DNA from: Candidatus Cloacimonadales bacterium
Lineage (GTDB): Bacteria > Cloacimonadota > Cloacimonadia > Cloacimonadales > JAIOQZ01
DNA length: 64,000 bases
Direction: 5' to 3'
Assembly (NCBI GenBank): GCA_963662655.2
Contig: CAXXTU010000002.1
Span: 1,952,001-2,016,000 of the forward strand
Shown here: in pieces, positions 39,729 through 50,525 of the stretch
Layout: each line of letters begins with the position of its first letter
Numbering within the stretch: position 1 is the first letter of the stretch
Position numbers and translations under genes: made by a program
Notes under the pieces: generated by a model
Databases searched by the model: none
Told to the model about the DNA's origin: nothing
Seen by the model: the letters and a program-made list of their open reading frames with translations, nothing else

Positions 39729-40694
39729 TCACTCTCCTCGGTTCAGGCATTCGAACTGACGATACAGCTCTTTGCCTTTGTGCGTTACGGGTGAAAAATC
39801 CCACTCGAGCTTCGTCTTGATCTCCAGCCCGTGCTTGTTCTGCAGCGCCATCAGTATGGACGGCATATCCTGGTTGACGCGATCGTAGTTCACCGTGTAG
39901 ATACGATTCCTCAGTTCCGGCTTTTCCAGCCAGCTTTCCAGTAGTTCATGACCGGTACGCACCTGATGGATAATCTGCTCCACCGGCGATTTCTTCACGA
40001 TCTGGCAGAAATCGGGAGTTTTATACGACCACCAGTGTTTCGCGTCTCCGTAGCGCTTCTTGCGCGTGTTGTAGATCGATACGGCCACATCCGCCAGATC
40101 CCGCTTACAGTAAATGAATAACGATTTGCTGTCCATCTGCGCGAATTTCTCCAGATGCAGCGCGTAGAGGATATTCTTGAACACAACCGGCTTGTGCGCC
40201 TCGTTGCGCATGGCTCGAAGAATTTCTTCCATGCCTCTCCAGTCGATCGTCTCCGCGTGGAACTCGTCGCGAATCGTGACATCGGGGTAATTCATCCACT
40301 TCATCCAGAAATAGCCGAACTCATGCGGCTCCTGCACGCCTTTTGTCACGCCGAAAGCGGATTTGTAGCTCACATCCGCATCGTAGAGACCCAGCATGCG
40401 GGAAAGCTTGATGCCGACCACCGGCGCCTCCCAGAACCGCGCCATCAGGTTGGTGGGCCACACGCAATCCAGGCTGTTGACCACCGCCTGACAAACAAGC
40501 GTCGTTCCTGAGCGCGGTAAACCGTAGACATACACATTGGGAATCTGATTCGAATCGGGATTGCGAATCCAGTAATCGTATCCGGAGAGCAGGTCGTTCA
40601 GCTCCGAAAGAAACCTTTCGTCTTCAATGTTCTTCATGTATTCCGATGTGCGTAGTCGATTTTCCTTCTCAATAAATCGGGTCAGTTCCTTCAT
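39729..40694 (-). CDS. Sulfotransferase
   Basis: GLPRSGTT PAPS-binding loop; PHEFGYFW; ATGA overlap with the upstream gene. Confidence 0.85.
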   Translation of the reverse strand: MKELTRFIEKENRLRTSEYMKNIEDERFLSELNDLLSGYDYWIRNPDSNQIPNVYVYGLPRSGTTLVCQAVVNSLDCVWPTNLMARFWEAPVVGIKLSRMLGLYDADVSYKSAFGVTKGVQEPHEFGYFWMKWMNYPDVTIRDEFHAETIDWRGMEEILRAMRNEAHKPVVFKNILYALHLEKFAQMDSKSLFIYCKRDLADVAVSIYNTRKKRYGDAKHWWSYKTPDFCQIVKKSPVEQIIHQVRTGHELLESWLEKPELRNRIYTVNYDRVNQDMPSILMALQNKHGLEIKTKLEWDFSPVTHKGKELYRQFECLNRGE

Positions 40695-41848
40695 TTCATT
40701 TCTCCGTTCCCGGTCTGATAGATTCCGGCTTCGCGATTGATATTCCCTTTGCTCTGAAATCCGTATTCGCCGGTTTTCACCGTGTGCCACGGGGCTAAAA
40801 AGTGTCCCTTGAATATCGTCAAAAGCTCTTCCATGCTATAATTCTTTATCATCATTTTGAATGCGTTCTCATCCAGGATGCGCGTCATATACTTATACGG
40901 AAGCAAGTGGCTGCCCCAACTCTCCTTGAACTTGTAAATCCCTCCACTGGGCGGGTTGGTCGACTGCCAGTTGTAGATTTTCATATCGTGCTCGTGGCAC
41001 CACTGAAGGATCCCGTGGACCAGGAAGAAATTCAATCTACGATCCATCGCATCGCTGCTGGACGACATCATGAAATTGTCCAGCAGTCCCTGTTTGTTGT
41101 GAACGCAGAAATCACCGCTAACCAGCGCGTCCCCTTCATATACGGCAAAGAACTTCCAGTAATCGCCAAATCCCTCGGAGTGTATCGCGTTTTCGAAGAG
41201 CGCCCACGGAAGCGGTTCTCCCTCCAACTCGCCAATCCTTTTGACGTGCAAAGTCTCGTACCATTGCCGGATAACAGCTTCGTCTCTCGACGCCACAAAT
41301 CTGAAGCCGGCTTCGAGCCCCTTCTTCAGGTTACGGCGGAAATTACGCGATTTGTCTTCGAGAATCGCACGACCACCGCCATCGAAGAATCTTCGCACCG
41401 GTATCACCATGATGAATGTGTCCATGCCGGTCTGCGGCTCGAGCCCGTCCCGAATGGGATCGTCATCGACCTCGAAGGGATTCGTCGTAAGCGTCATCGC
41501 CAAACAGTCCAGCGACTTCGCGTACTCGCGGAGCGCTTTGAGGAATTCGCCATACGCCCGTCCGCGATCCGAAACCTTACCCTGATAGACGATCGTCCCC
41601 AATGATCCCGCCTGGACGTTCGAGACGAGGATGTTCCCCGCTTCGCTCTTAAAAAGGTACATGCTCGCACCGATAAACCAGCGATCGTTTTGCTGATAGC
41701 AGAATACGGGCTCATCTCCCGCGATGGGCGCAACGATTTCCGCCCAAAGCGACGTTTGCTGAATGAAACAACCCGGGCAATCCAGCACCTTCAGGTCAAA
41801 GAGCTCCCGTTGGGAGGCACGCTTGAAATCAACGATGTTCAAATCCAC
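40691..41848 (-). CDS. GNAT/FemAB-like acyltransferase
   Basis: RNFRRNLKKG, GGIYKFKESWG motifs. Confidence 0.7.
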   Translation of the reverse strand: MDLNIVDFKRASQRELFDLKVLDCPGCFIQQTSLWAEIVAPIAGDEPVFCYQQNDRWFIGASMYLFKSEAGNILVSNVQAGSLGTIVYQGKVSDRGRAYGEFLKALREYAKSLDCLAMTLTTNPFEVDDDPIRDGLEPQTGMDTFIMVIPVRRFFDGGGRAILEDKSRNFRRNLKKGLEAGFRFVASRDEAVIRQWYETLHVKRIGELEGEPLPWALFENAIHSEGFGDYWKFFAVYEGDALVSGDFCVHNKQGLLDNFMMSSSSDAMDRRLNFFLVHGILQWCHEHDMKIYNWQSTNPPSGGIYKFKESWGSHLLPYKYMTRILDENAFKMMIKNYSMEELLTIFKGHFLAPWHTVKTGEYGFQSKGNINREAGIYQTGNGEMK

Positions 41849-42869
41849 ATTCCATTCCTTTCACCAGTTGATCGCAGACTCGTTTGAACTGCTCCATGTT
41901 CAGCGATGGATAAAGAGGCAAGGAAACCGTTCGTTTGTAAATCGACTCGGCAACCGGGAAGTCGTATCGTCCCTCCAGCCAGTGCAGGAGATAGTCAACG
42001 CCCTTACGTACCTGAATACCACCTTCGTCCATCCACGCGCGCACCTTATCGAAATCAGCATCTATCTGTACCGGGAAACGGAAGCAGTTACGCTGCTTGA
42101 GGTCGGGCAATACCAGCCCTTCGACATCCTTCAATTTCTCCCGGTATGCCGTGGCGAGTTCATTCCGCATCGCTGTAAAATCCTCCAGCCTGGACAACTG
42201 GCTCAGCGTCAGCGAAGCAGCCAGATCGGAGAAATTCGCCCCGGCATCGATGGCGCTTTCGTCACGGAACCATTTGTCGCTCAGCGATTCCGTTTTCAAG
42301 CCAAGGAATCCTCCCTCGCCCGAAGCGAGCATCTTGGTTGCATGGAACGAGCCGAAAACAACATCCGCTGTAATCCCCGTAACGGGCCTTCCGTTGACAA
42401 TCCCGATCGACTGGGCGATATCCTCGATCATGGTGATGCCGTGCTCTTTGCAAAGGAGACTGATACGCTCCACATCTGCTTCAATGCCGAACGGATGTAC
42501 GACGATCACGGCCTTTGTGGCAGAGGAAATGGCTTTCTCGACTGCTTCGGGATCAATGCAATAGTCGGGCCCGATATCGACGAGGATCGGCCTCCCGCCC
42601 ACGTACTTAACCGCGTCGTAAACGCTTCTGCATACATAGGTAGGCAAAATCACTTCTACGCCCACCCTGATGCCGATCAATTTCAGCGCGGTTATCAACG
42701 CCGCTTTCCCCGAGGAAAAGCAAACGGCCCGATCCCATCCAAAGAGCTGCTCCAGCGCGCTTTGCACCTGGGCGGTTTTCTCTCCCTTCGCGAGCATGCC
42801 GCCTGCGAGCTGCCCGGTGACCGCAATCACGTCAGCCTTGGAAATCGTTGGTTTGGAATGCGGAATCAT
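41829..42869 (-). CDS. DegT/DnrJ/EryC1/StrS sugar aminotransferase
   Basis: IEDIAQS, SFHATKMLASGEGG, VSLPLYP. Confidence 0.9.
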   Translation of the reverse strand: MIPHSKPTISKADVIAVTGQLAGGMLAKGEKTAQVQSALEQLFGWDRAVCFSSGKAALITALKLIGIRVGVEVILPTYVCRSVYDAVKYVGGRPILVDIGPDYCIDPEAVEKAISSATKAVIVVHPFGIEADVERISLLCKEHGITMIEDIAQSIGIVNGRPVTGITADVVFGSFHATKMLASGEGGFLGLKTESLSDKWFRDESAIDAGANFSDLAASLTLSQLSRLEDFTAMRNELATAYREKLKDVEGLVLPDLKQRNCFRFPVQIDADFDKVRAWMDEGGIQVRKGVDYLLHWLEGRYDFPVAESIYKRTVSLPLYPSLNMEQFKRVCDQLVKGMECGFEHR

Positions 42870-42878
42870 GTCTCCATC

Positions 42879-44762
42879 CTATGGTATAAAGTGTTTCAGC
42901 CACGTCTCAAAACTGATGAGCGACCATATAAGCAATCGCCGGTTTTTCTCGTCGTTGAAGTGCTCTTCAATCAATTCGCGGACGGTTGATGGACGCAGGT
43001 AATCGTACACGCGCGCTTTTTTGCGGAAGAACATGTCCTCGATGTATTTTCGAGATTCCCGCCGGAACCAGGTGGCGTCCGGAGCGGAGAAACCCTGCTT
43101 GATGCCGCCGGTGAATTCTCCGGGGATGTACAGGGACAGCATTTCGCGAAGTACGATCTTGCCGTCGCGGGTCTTCTGGAAGTACTTGTCGGCCTTGCGA
43201 CCAGGCTCGTTTTCGTCCTGCCGAACCACTTCCTGCAAGTTCTTGAGCTTGTACTTCACGGGGATGGTCATGGCAAAATCGACCAGGTCGTTATCGAGGA
43301 ACGGAACCCGCGTCTCCAGCCCATGCGCCATACTGATCTTGTCGTCAACCATCAGGAGCCCGTGCAGGAAGGTCTTGCTCTCGAAGTAGAGCGAAAAGTT
43401 TACATAGTCTTCGGGCGTGATCTCCCGCGGGTTGTCTTTCACAACTCCGCCAAGAGCATGCCGGAAAATGTCGCGCGTCTGATAGTTCCACACCTCTGGG
43501 AACACATCCGGCTGGAAGAACCTCGGCTTGTAGCTGTCGGGAATCAAGCGCTGCCAGTAGCGATAGTACTTGTCGGCGTAATCGTCGAAGCTGTCGTTGG
43601 ATACTGCGCGGTAGTAACGCCAGGGATATCCCGCGAAGATTTCGTCCCCACCGGCGCCGGAGAGGGCTACTTTCACGAACTTCCCGGCCAGGCGCGACAC
43701 GTAGTAATTGGGGTAGCACTGCCCCACACGCAAATCTTCGATATGCCACACCAGATCATCCATGACCCGCTCCATGTCTCCGGCCTTGAGCACCACCTCG
43801 TAATGCTCCGTTCGCACCAGGTTGGAGAGAAATTCCGCCTTGCGACGCTCGTCGAACGACGACTCCTGCATGGATACGTCCGAGAGATCGAATCCGCAGG
43901 TGAAGGTCTTGAGGTCTGGGAAGTTTCTTGCCGCGATGCTGGTGATCGCTCCCGAATCCATGCCGCCACTGAGAAAACTGCCGATCTCCACATCGCTCAC
44001 AAGCTGTCTCGTGGTCGCCTCTTCGAACAGGCGACGAACTTCGTTCACGTAGATTTTCTCCTGCGAGAAATGCTCGACATCGCGATAGTTGAAATCCCAG
44101 TACTGGCGGATATCCAGTGTGGGCTTGTCGCGGCGGTCGAGAACGGCGAAATGACCGGGCTGAAGGATATGGATGTGCTCGAACAACGTCAGATCGGAGA
44201 ATACGTTCTGGAACGAGAAGTACTCGTTCAGGGCGCGGATGTCCACGCGGGGATTCACCTCGGGATGCGTGAGGATCGCCTTGATCTCGGAAGCGAATAC
44301 AAGGATTCCGCCCCGATTGTAGTAGTAAAGCGGCTTGATGCCGTAGCGATCCCGCGCCAGGAAGAGCTTCTGCCCGGCCTGATCCCATATCGCAAAAGCG
44401 AACATACCGTTGAACCGATGCACGCAATCAGCGCCCCATTGGCGATAGGCCTTCAGTACGACTTCCGTGTCCGAATCGGAGAAAAAGCTATGCCCCAAGC
44501 GTTGGAGCTCCGTACGAAGGTCTTGAAAATTGTAGATTTCACCGTTGTAGACGATGATGTGGTTGCCATCCTCGCTTTGCATCGGCTGACTGGCCCGATC
44601 GCTCAGGTCGATGATCGCCAGACGCGTATGCCCCAGCCCGACAGGCCCCTTCACCCACCAGCTTTCGCCATCCGGCCCACGATGGCGGATGGTTCGCGTC
44701 ATGTTCTTCATCAGCGAAAGGCTGACGGGTTGTTGGTCGAGGACTCCGGCAATTCCGCACAT
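42879..44762 (-). CDS. asnB: Asparagine synthase-type glutamine amidotransferase (glycan amidation)
   Basis: MCGIAG, HRGPD, NGEIYN, LSGGMDS, SGAGGDE, RVPFLD. Confidence 0.93.
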   Translation of the reverse strand: MCGIAGVLDQQPVSLSLMKNMTRTIRHRGPDGESWWVKGPVGLGHTRLAIIDLSDRASQPMQSEDGNHIIVYNGEIYNFQDLRTELQRLGHSFFSDSDTEVVLKAYRQWGADCVHRFNGMFAFAIWDQAGQKLFLARDRYGIKPLYYYNRGGILVFASEIKAILTHPEVNPRVDIRALNEYFSFQNVFSDLTLFEHIHILQPGHFAVLDRRDKPTLDIRQYWDFNYRDVEHFSQEKIYVNEVRRLFEEATTRQLVSDVEIGSFLSGGMDSGAITSIAARNFPDLKTFTCGFDLSDVSMQESSFDERRKAEFLSNLVRTEHYEVVLKAGDMERVMDDLVWHIEDLRVGQCYPNYYVSRLAGKFVKVALSGAGGDEIFAGYPWRYYRAVSNDSFDDYADKYYRYWQRLIPDSYKPRFFQPDVFPEVWNYQTRDIFRHALGGVVKDNPREITPEDYVNFSLYFESKTFLHGLLMVDDKISMAHGLETRVPFLDNDLVDFAMTIPVKYKLKNLQEVVRQDENEPGRKADKYFQKTRDGKIVLREMLSLYIPGEFTGGIKQGFSAPDATWFRRESRKYIEDMFFRKKARVYDYLRPSTVRELIEEHFNDEKNRRLLIWSLISFETWLKHFIP

Positions 44763-44763
44763 G

Positions 44764-45948
44764 TTACACCTTCTTTTCTTTCAATCGATCAAACACTTCG
44801 TCGATCTCATCATCCGTGATACCCGGAAAGAACGGTAGCGCCACGCTGAGGCGGTCCGCAGCGTATGCCGTGATGAAGTCGGACGGCTTCAGACTGTATT
44901 TCTCGCGATAGAGTTTCTGGATATGCACCGCGTGCGTTCCCTGGCGGGTCGCAATACCCTCTTCCTCGAGCTCGTACATCACCTTGTTGCGTTCGGCGTT
45001 CAGAGCATCGATCTTTTCAAGATCGCCCCGGAGTATCGCATCGAAGGATTCCTCCGGCTTGAACCAGGTCACGTACGCCTGATAGCCGTGGAAATAGCCA
45101 TCGGGAACGTGTGGCGCTCTGAGCCATGAAATTTCCTCGATGCGTTTTTTATATTCCTTCGCAAGACCCTGCTTGATCTCCATGATGGCATCGAGCTTCT
45201 TCGCCTGCGCCACTCCGAGCGCTCCCTGGAAATCGGTCATGCGGTAGTTGTAGCCCAGCTCGGCGTATTCTGTGAGGAGGAAGCTTCCCTTCGAGTGATG
45301 GCGGTCGTAATCCGTCCGGACCGCTCCGTGATCGCGCAGGCTTGCGGATCTCGTCGCGACCTCTTCCCTGCGTGTGATGATCATCCCGCCTTCGCCGGTG
45401 GTGATCGATTTTCGCGGATGGAACGAGAGCACGCCGCCCTCGCCGAAGGTGCCGCAGTGTTTGCCGTCGATCCTGCCACCCAAGCCGCATGCGCAGTCCT
45501 CAATAACCTTCAGGTTGTAAGCTCCGGCAAGACGCATGACTTCCGGCATGTTCGCACAGAGCCCGAACAGATGCACGGGATAGATCGCACGAGTCTTGGA
45601 GGTAATGAGCGCTTCGATCCGGCTCACATCGATATTGAAGGTCTTCGGATCAATATCGCAGAAGACGGCTTTCGCGCCCAGGAATTCCACCGAATTGGCG
45701 GTGGAAACCCAGGTAAACGCCGGTACGATCACTTCGTCCCCGGGCTGAAGATCGATCACGCGAGAGAGGATGAACTGCCCGGAAGTGCAGGAGTTGACCG
45801 CAACGCCGTGCGCTGCGCCGGTGAACGCGGTGATCAAACCTTCGAATTCTTTCACGTAGGGTCCTTGCACCACCCAGCCGGTTTCCAGCGGCTTCGTGAT
45901 CAGTTCTTTCTCGGTCTCGTCGAAATAGGGTCTTGTAATGGGTATCAT
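44764..45948 (-). CDS. DegT/DnrJ/EryC1/StrS sugar aminotransferase
   Basis: IEDCAC, SFHPRKSITTGEGG, GYNYRMTD. Confidence 0.92.
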   Translation of the reverse strand: MIPITRPYFDETEKELITKPLETGWVVQGPYVKEFEGLITAFTGAAHGVAVNSCTSGQFILSRVIDLQPGDEVIVPAFTWVSTANSVEFLGAKAVFCDIDPKTFNIDVSRIEALITSKTRAIYPVHLFGLCANMPEVMRLAGAYNLKVIEDCACGLGGRIDGKHCGTFGEGGVLSFHPRKSITTGEGGMIITRREEVATRSASLRDHGAVRTDYDRHHSKGSFLLTEYAELGYNYRMTDFQGALGVAQAKKLDAIMEIKQGLAKEYKKRIEEISWLRAPHVPDGYFHGYQAYVTWFKPEESFDAILRGDLEKIDALNAERNKVMYELEEEGIATRQGTHAVHIQKLYREKYSLKPSDFITAYAADRLSVALPFFPGITDDEIDEVFDRLKEKKV

Positions 45949-46946
45949 TTTCCTTCCATGGATTTCCGGCGCATGAGCACCTGTTCCTTGTGCTTGCTAC
46001 GCCAATCGATGAGGCTCTTCAAGCCTTCCGTCAAGTCGGTTTTTGCCACGAAGCCGGTCTCTTCGGTCAGCTTCTTCGTTGATCCGATGCGGTGGGTGAC
46101 AAACGTCGGGCCCTCCGGCTCATACCGGATTTCGAGATTGGAGCCGGTTTGATCGAGCAGCATCTGGCAGATTTCCTTGATGGACGTCCCGATACCGGTT
46201 CCGACATTGTAGCAGACGTTGTTCGAGTCCGCCTTGAGCGCTGCGATATTGGCTCTTGCGATGTCGCGAACGTAAATGAAGTCGTACGACTGCGAACCGT
46301 CGCCGTAAACCACCGGCGCTTCCCCGCGATCAATGCGATCGAGGATTTTCATCATCACCGCGATGTAGGTGCCGCGGTAATCCTGCCTGGGACCGTAGAC
46401 GTTCATGTAACGCAGCCCCACCTGATTGAGTCCGTACCGGTGGTGGTAAGCGATGGCGAGATGCTCGTCGGCAATCTTGGTCGCGCCGTAGAACGTGGTG
46501 TTGTTGTAGGGATGATCCTCGGTCATGGGGATTTCCAGCGCGTTGCCGTAGACCGATGCCGAAGACGACCACACGAGCTTTTTCACCTGGTGCTTGCGGC
46601 AGGCTTCCAGCACGTTGAAGAATCCCCGCACGTTCACCTCGAAAGCCGATTCCGGGAACTCGTAGCAGTGCAGCAGCCAAAGCGCCGCGGTGTGGATTAC
46701 ATAGTCCACGCCTTCCATCGCGCGATCGAGGATGTCGCGGTCGCGGATGTCGCCTCCGAGCGGATAGATATGGCAGCGATCATCCCGCAGGCTTTCTTCG
46801 ATGTTCTCCCGCGTACCGCGCGTGAAGTTATCGTAGATGACAACCTCGCGAACATCTTCCCTGAGCAATTCTTCCACGATGTGCGATCCGATGAATCCGG
46901 CCCCGCCGATCACCATGACCTTTGCGTCCTTGAGATCAAACATCAT
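45945..46946 (-). CDS. NAD-dependent nucleotide-sugar epimerase/dehydratase
   Basis: GGAGFIG, SSASVYG, YGATK, RYMNVYGP. Confidence 0.92.
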   Translation of the reverse strand: MMFDLKDAKVMVIGGAGFIGSHIVEELLREDVREVVIYDNFTRGTRENIEESLRDDRCHIYPLGGDIRDRDILDRAMEGVDYVIHTAALWLLHCYEFPESAFEVNVRGFFNVLEACRKHQVKKLVWSSSASVYGNALEIPMTEDHPYNNTTFYGATKIADEHLAIAYHHRYGLNQVGLRYMNVYGPRQDYRGTYIAVMMKILDRIDRGEAPVVYGDGSQSYDFIYVRDIARANIAALKADSNNVCYNVGTGIGTSIKEICQMLLDQTGSNLEIRYEPEGPTFVTHRIGSTKKLTEETGFVAKTDLTEGLKSLIDWRSKHKEQVLMRRKSMEGK

Positions 46947-47001
46947 CTCTCCTTTATATCTATTATTTTCAAACTATTTCGTACCGTCATGGCCATTCTT
47001 C

Positions 47002-47120
47002 CTGTCATCCTGAGCTATCTGATTCTTGTAACCATGAGTTTCCATATTACTGTCATCCTGAGCGGAGTAGAAGGGGCATTCAATATATTTATCCATCCTT
47101 CGACTCCGCTCAGGATGACA
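47002..47120. repeat. REP-like palindromic element, family C (inverted pair plus a partial copy)
   Basis: TGTCATCCTGAGCGGAGTAGAAGG (47051-47074) / CCTTCGACTCCGCTCAGGATGACA (47097-47120); partial copy at 47002-47015. Confidence 0.8.
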
Positions 47121-47189
47121 TGAAGGAAGAGTCCAGCAAGGCTGACATTAACGAAAACCCAGGGTGACAATGCCTACCCACAATCCTTC

Positions 47190-48248
47190 TCACACAACCT
47201 TCTTCACCTGCACCAGATAGTACGGCGCGATCGTATACTTGCAAACGCCCGGCAGCCTGCGGATCAGATGGTTCCACAGCGGAGCCAGCTTGATCATCAG
47301 GAACCTCATCCACGGATAAATCAGCGATACGATTCGATCGTCGGAGGCGTTGTCGTATTGACTGTACTGCCCCCCACTTTCGGGATAGTATCCCGGCTCG
47401 GTCCGCACCGCGTCGAAATGCTCCCGCAATCTCTTCGCGAGCTTGAAAAAGTTCACCGAATGCTCGCCCCAGTTGCCGGTTTCGGGATCGCAGGTGTCCG
47501 TCCAGAACGGCGGCACTGGCTGTATGCCCGTTCGATTGTAAAACAATACCGCCTTCTCAATATCGTCCCTGCGCAAGCCACGAGTCTTTTTAACCAGCAT
47601 TTCGAGATTGTCCGCATCGGGGATCATCTCCTGAATCATCTTCCTGCGAGCTTCCCTTCGCGAGATCATGTTGGGCGTACCTTTCTTCTCCCAGAGTAGC
47701 TGCCTGCGGGTGTTGAAGAACAGAATCACCGGGTTGAGCCAGTTTGCGCCGGAGGCCATGAGGATGGTTCCCCCAGGGTTCAACGTCTCTCCCAGCGCGA
47801 GAAAAGCATCCAGCGGCTTGTAGAGGTGCTCCAGAACGTCATAATTGAGGATTACGTCGTACTTCTTGCGTCTATCCAGGTCTTCGTATCCGCCGGCCAC
47901 GGTTTCCGCAAGCGGCAGATTCATCGCCGCCGCAACGATCTTCACACCCTCGCACATCTCGGGATTGATATCCAGATAAGTGACCTTCCCCACTCCCACA
48001 AGGAGCGCCATAAACGAGAGAATTCCGGTTCCGCCACCGAAATCGAGCAGGGAGACGCGGTCCAGTTCCCGGAACTTGAGCGCTTTCTGCAGGATGTAGC
48101 GATAGCGCACGACCACCGAATCATACTCGCGGATATACACTTGCAGATACTTCCTATATACGGGGTAACTCTCCAGCAGGTGCATATCCACCGACTGGAG
48201 TCGCTTCTTCAGCTCAAGCGTCGCTTGAGAAAAAACAAATTCTTTCAT
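47190..48248 (-). CDS. Class I SAM-dependent methyltransferase
   Basis: LLDFGGGTG, YDVLEHL, LNPGG. Confidence 0.85.
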   Translation of the reverse strand: MKEFVFSQATLELKKRLQSVDMHLLESYPVYRKYLQVYIREYDSVVVRYRYILQKALKFRELDRVSLLDFGGGTGILSFMALLVGVGKVTYLDINPEMCEGVKIVAAAMNLPLAETVAGGYEDLDRRKKYDVILNYDVLEHLYKPLDAFLALGETLNPGGTILMASGANWLNPVILFFNTRRQLLWEKKGTPNMISRREARRKMIQEMIPDADNLEMLVKKTRGLRRDDIEKAVLFYNRTGIQPVPPFWTDTCDPETGNWGEHSVNFFKLAKRLREHFDAVRTEPGYYPESGGQYSQYDNASDDRIVSLIYPWMRFLMIKLAPLWNHLIRRLPGVCKYTIAPYYLVQVKKVV

Positions 48249-49459
48249 TCTGTATCCTTCCCGCCTGTAACCTTTTGCGGAGTCGAAGGGGCATTACCTT
48301 TTCCTGTCATCCTGAGCGGAGTCGAAGGGGCATCTCTCCCCAGTACTCTCGCGAACACATCCAGGTATTCGTCCGCCGCTTTCTCGATGCTGTATCGCTC
48401 TCGGATCAGCTTGCGGCAATTCCCGCTCATCTCCAGCGATAGCTCCGGCCTCCGGCTCAGCTCTTCAAGCTTCTTCGCCACCGCTGCAATGTCATCGGTA
48501 TCAACCTGATAGCCTGTCACTCCATCGACCACGAAATCCGCCATTCCGGGGGATTTTGAGCCGATTACAGGCAGCCCGAAGGAGTATGCTTCCAAGCCGG
48601 CCATCGACATCCCCTCAACCTTCGAGAGAAGAAGCAGATAATGCGCCTTCCGCATCCACCGGTGCACATACTCACGATCCTGCCAGCCGTGAAAACGCAC
48701 CTTTCCGGTGAGGCCGAGCTCGTCCACCTGCCTGCTGAGCATCTCGTACAACGGGCCATCGCCTATGATCTCCAGACGGAAATCGCCGGTAAGCCTCGAA
48801 AGCGCAACAAGGATCAGGGGCAGGTTCTTCTCGAAAGAGAGCCGTCCGATGAACAGGAACGTGGTCACATCCGGCTTTCTCTCGCCCGATACCGGTTGTA
48901 GCGGAACCGCGTTTTCAATCACCTCCACGCCGAACTCCGGAAAGACCTGCTGCGCCATGTCCGCGAGGTCCTTGCTCACGGCCACTCTCGCGGCAGCTTT
49001 GAGGCCAATCATACGGGCAATGGGCTTGAACAGGCGAAACTTGCCTGCAAGCTCCTTCACCAGGAAGGAGTGAATATCCCCACCGCGAAACGACAGCACG
49101 TATGGCGCTGCGCTGAAGATTTTTCCAAAGTATGGAATCGAGCCGGTGGGAAGCAGGAAAAAAGTCAGCACGACATCCGGTTTCCAGCCCAGCAGCAACC
49201 ACAGGTAAGGAAGCCAGGCAAACTTGAGAAACATGAACATCTGAAAAATCCCGCTACGATCCTTGTGCCTGCGGAAACATGGCACGCGGAACACCTTGAA
49301 GCCATCGTTGCTTTCATACAAGGGCAATCCCCGATAATGCGACGTCAATACGCGCACATCGTGGCCTCTTTGTGCAAACTGCCGGGCAAGGAGTCGCGTC
49401 TGCGCTGCGGCTCCACCCCCAAGCGGAGGATATTCGTAATTCAGGAGCAGTATTTTCAT
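48245..49459 (-). CDS. GT4 family glycosyltransferase
   Basis: NYEYPPLGGG, GRLSFEKN, EGMSMAGLEA (EX7E); ATGA overlap with the upstream gene. Confidence 0.9.
   Translation of the reverse strand: MKILLLNYEYPPLGGGAAAQTRLLARQFAQRGHDVRVLTSHYRGLPLYESNDGFKVFRVPCFRRHKDRSGIFQMFMFLKFAWLPYLWLLLGWKPDVVLTFFLLPTGSIPYFGKIFSAAPYVLSFRGGDIHSFLVKELAGKFRLFKPIARMIGLKAAARVAVSKDLADMAQQVFPEFGVEVIENAVPLQPVSGERKPDVTTFLFIGRLSFEKNLPLILVALSRLTGDFRLEIIGDGPLYEMLSRQVDELGLTGKVRFHGWQDREYVHRWMRKAHYLLLLSKVEGMSMAGLEAYSFGLPVIGSKSPGMADFVVDGVTGYQVDTDDIAAVAKKLEELSRRPELSLEMSGNCRKLIRERYSIEKAADEYLDVFARVLGRDAPSTPLRMTGKGNAPSTPQKVTGGKDTE
48265..48333. repeat. Two tandem REP-like family C units inside the 3' end of the GT4 gene
   Basis: CTGTCATCCTGAGCGGAGTCGAAGGGGCAT (48304-48333) and a degenerate copy (48265-48295). 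Confidence 0.75.
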
Positions 49460-50499
49460 CGTTGCATCCGTTCTAACTGGTACAGGTTTTCGCGAAAATC
49501 GTTGCGGGAGGGGTCCAGTTGGATGGCCTTGACAATCCACTCCTTCGCGTGGGAGAAGTCACCCAATTTCCAGCGGCACACCCCCAGGTTGTTCGCGATA
49601 TCGGCGTTCGCGGTATCGAGACGAAACATCGACATGAACACTTTTTCCGCGCCGGAGATATCACCCTGTGTGAAAAGGATTTGCGCTCTTTCCATCAATG
49701 CATCGTTGGAGGCTTGAACCGCTTGCGGTTTCTCCTTGTCCAAAAGCCCTTCGAACTCGGTTCCCGCCAGCGAGGAAACCAGTTCGTCGTAGTTCACGAT
49801 AATATCTTCAATTCGGCTGGGATTCGTTTTGCGGATGGGGCTCTCCAGGTCATAGCGTTCTCTCCCCTCGCCGAGGAAAGAGAAGATGGAGTGCAGAACC
49901 TCGGGTTTCATGGTCTGCGATTCCTCACTGTTGTCGAAGAAATCCTCGTAGTAGAGGGTGAGGGTCTCGAAGTGCTTGGGCAGAAATTCGGCGAAATACT
50001 CGATCTCCCGCTTGCGCTTGGCCAGCTCGTTGTGCAGCCGTTCGTCGGTATTGATCCGAATGCGAATGGGATCGTACTTCTTCAAATCGTGCGCCTTGCG
50101 GCCCCGGCTCTGCTTCTCGATGTTCACCAGGAGGGAAATGTAAGTCTTCAGGTAGTTTCGTCGAATCAGGTGAATCATTTTCACACTATATTCCGCCAGG
50201 AGATCTTCCAGCTTCGCCAGCGTATTGAACTGGTCATACTTGATATCGTAGCCGACATGCGGTTCGTCGTGAGCAGCGTAAAACCGGTTGAAGTACTGCC
50301 GGAACAGATTTGCGGCGTGCTTGTGGACGAGATACTTGTCCTCTTTGCGGATCGCTTCCAGCCACAGCCGGGGAAACGAATCCCCACGGTCCGGCAACAA
50401 CAGCTCGCCCGTGCAAAAAATATTCGGATGCGCGTTGAGCAACGTCTCCAGAAATCCGGTACCCGATCGCTGCTTGGAAGCTACGATGAATCGACTCAT
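49456..50499 (-). CDS. Stf0-like sulfotransferase with C-terminal TPR
   Basis: QRSGTGFL..LNAHPNI..GEL, IHLIRRN, LYYED; TPR tail (ANNLGVC). Confidence 0.8.
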   Translation of the reverse strand: MSRFIVASKQRSGTGFLETLLNAHPNIFCTGELLLPDRGDSFPRLWLEAIRKEDKYLVHKHAANLFRQYFNRFYAAHDEPHVGYDIKYDQFNTLAKLEDLLAEYSVKMIHLIRRNYLKTYISLLVNIEKQSRGRKAHDLKKYDPIRIRINTDERLHNELAKRKREIEYFAEFLPKHFETLTLYYEDFFDNSEESQTMKPEVLHSIFSFLGEGRERYDLESPIRKTNPSRIEDIIVNYDELVSSLAGTEFEGLLDKEKPQAVQASNDALMERAQILFTQGDISGAEKVFMSMFRLDTANADIANNLGVCRWKLGDFSHAKEWIVKAIQLDPSRNDFRENLYQLERMQR

Positions 50500-50525
50500 A
50501 TTTCACTCCTGTGTATCAAAAACCT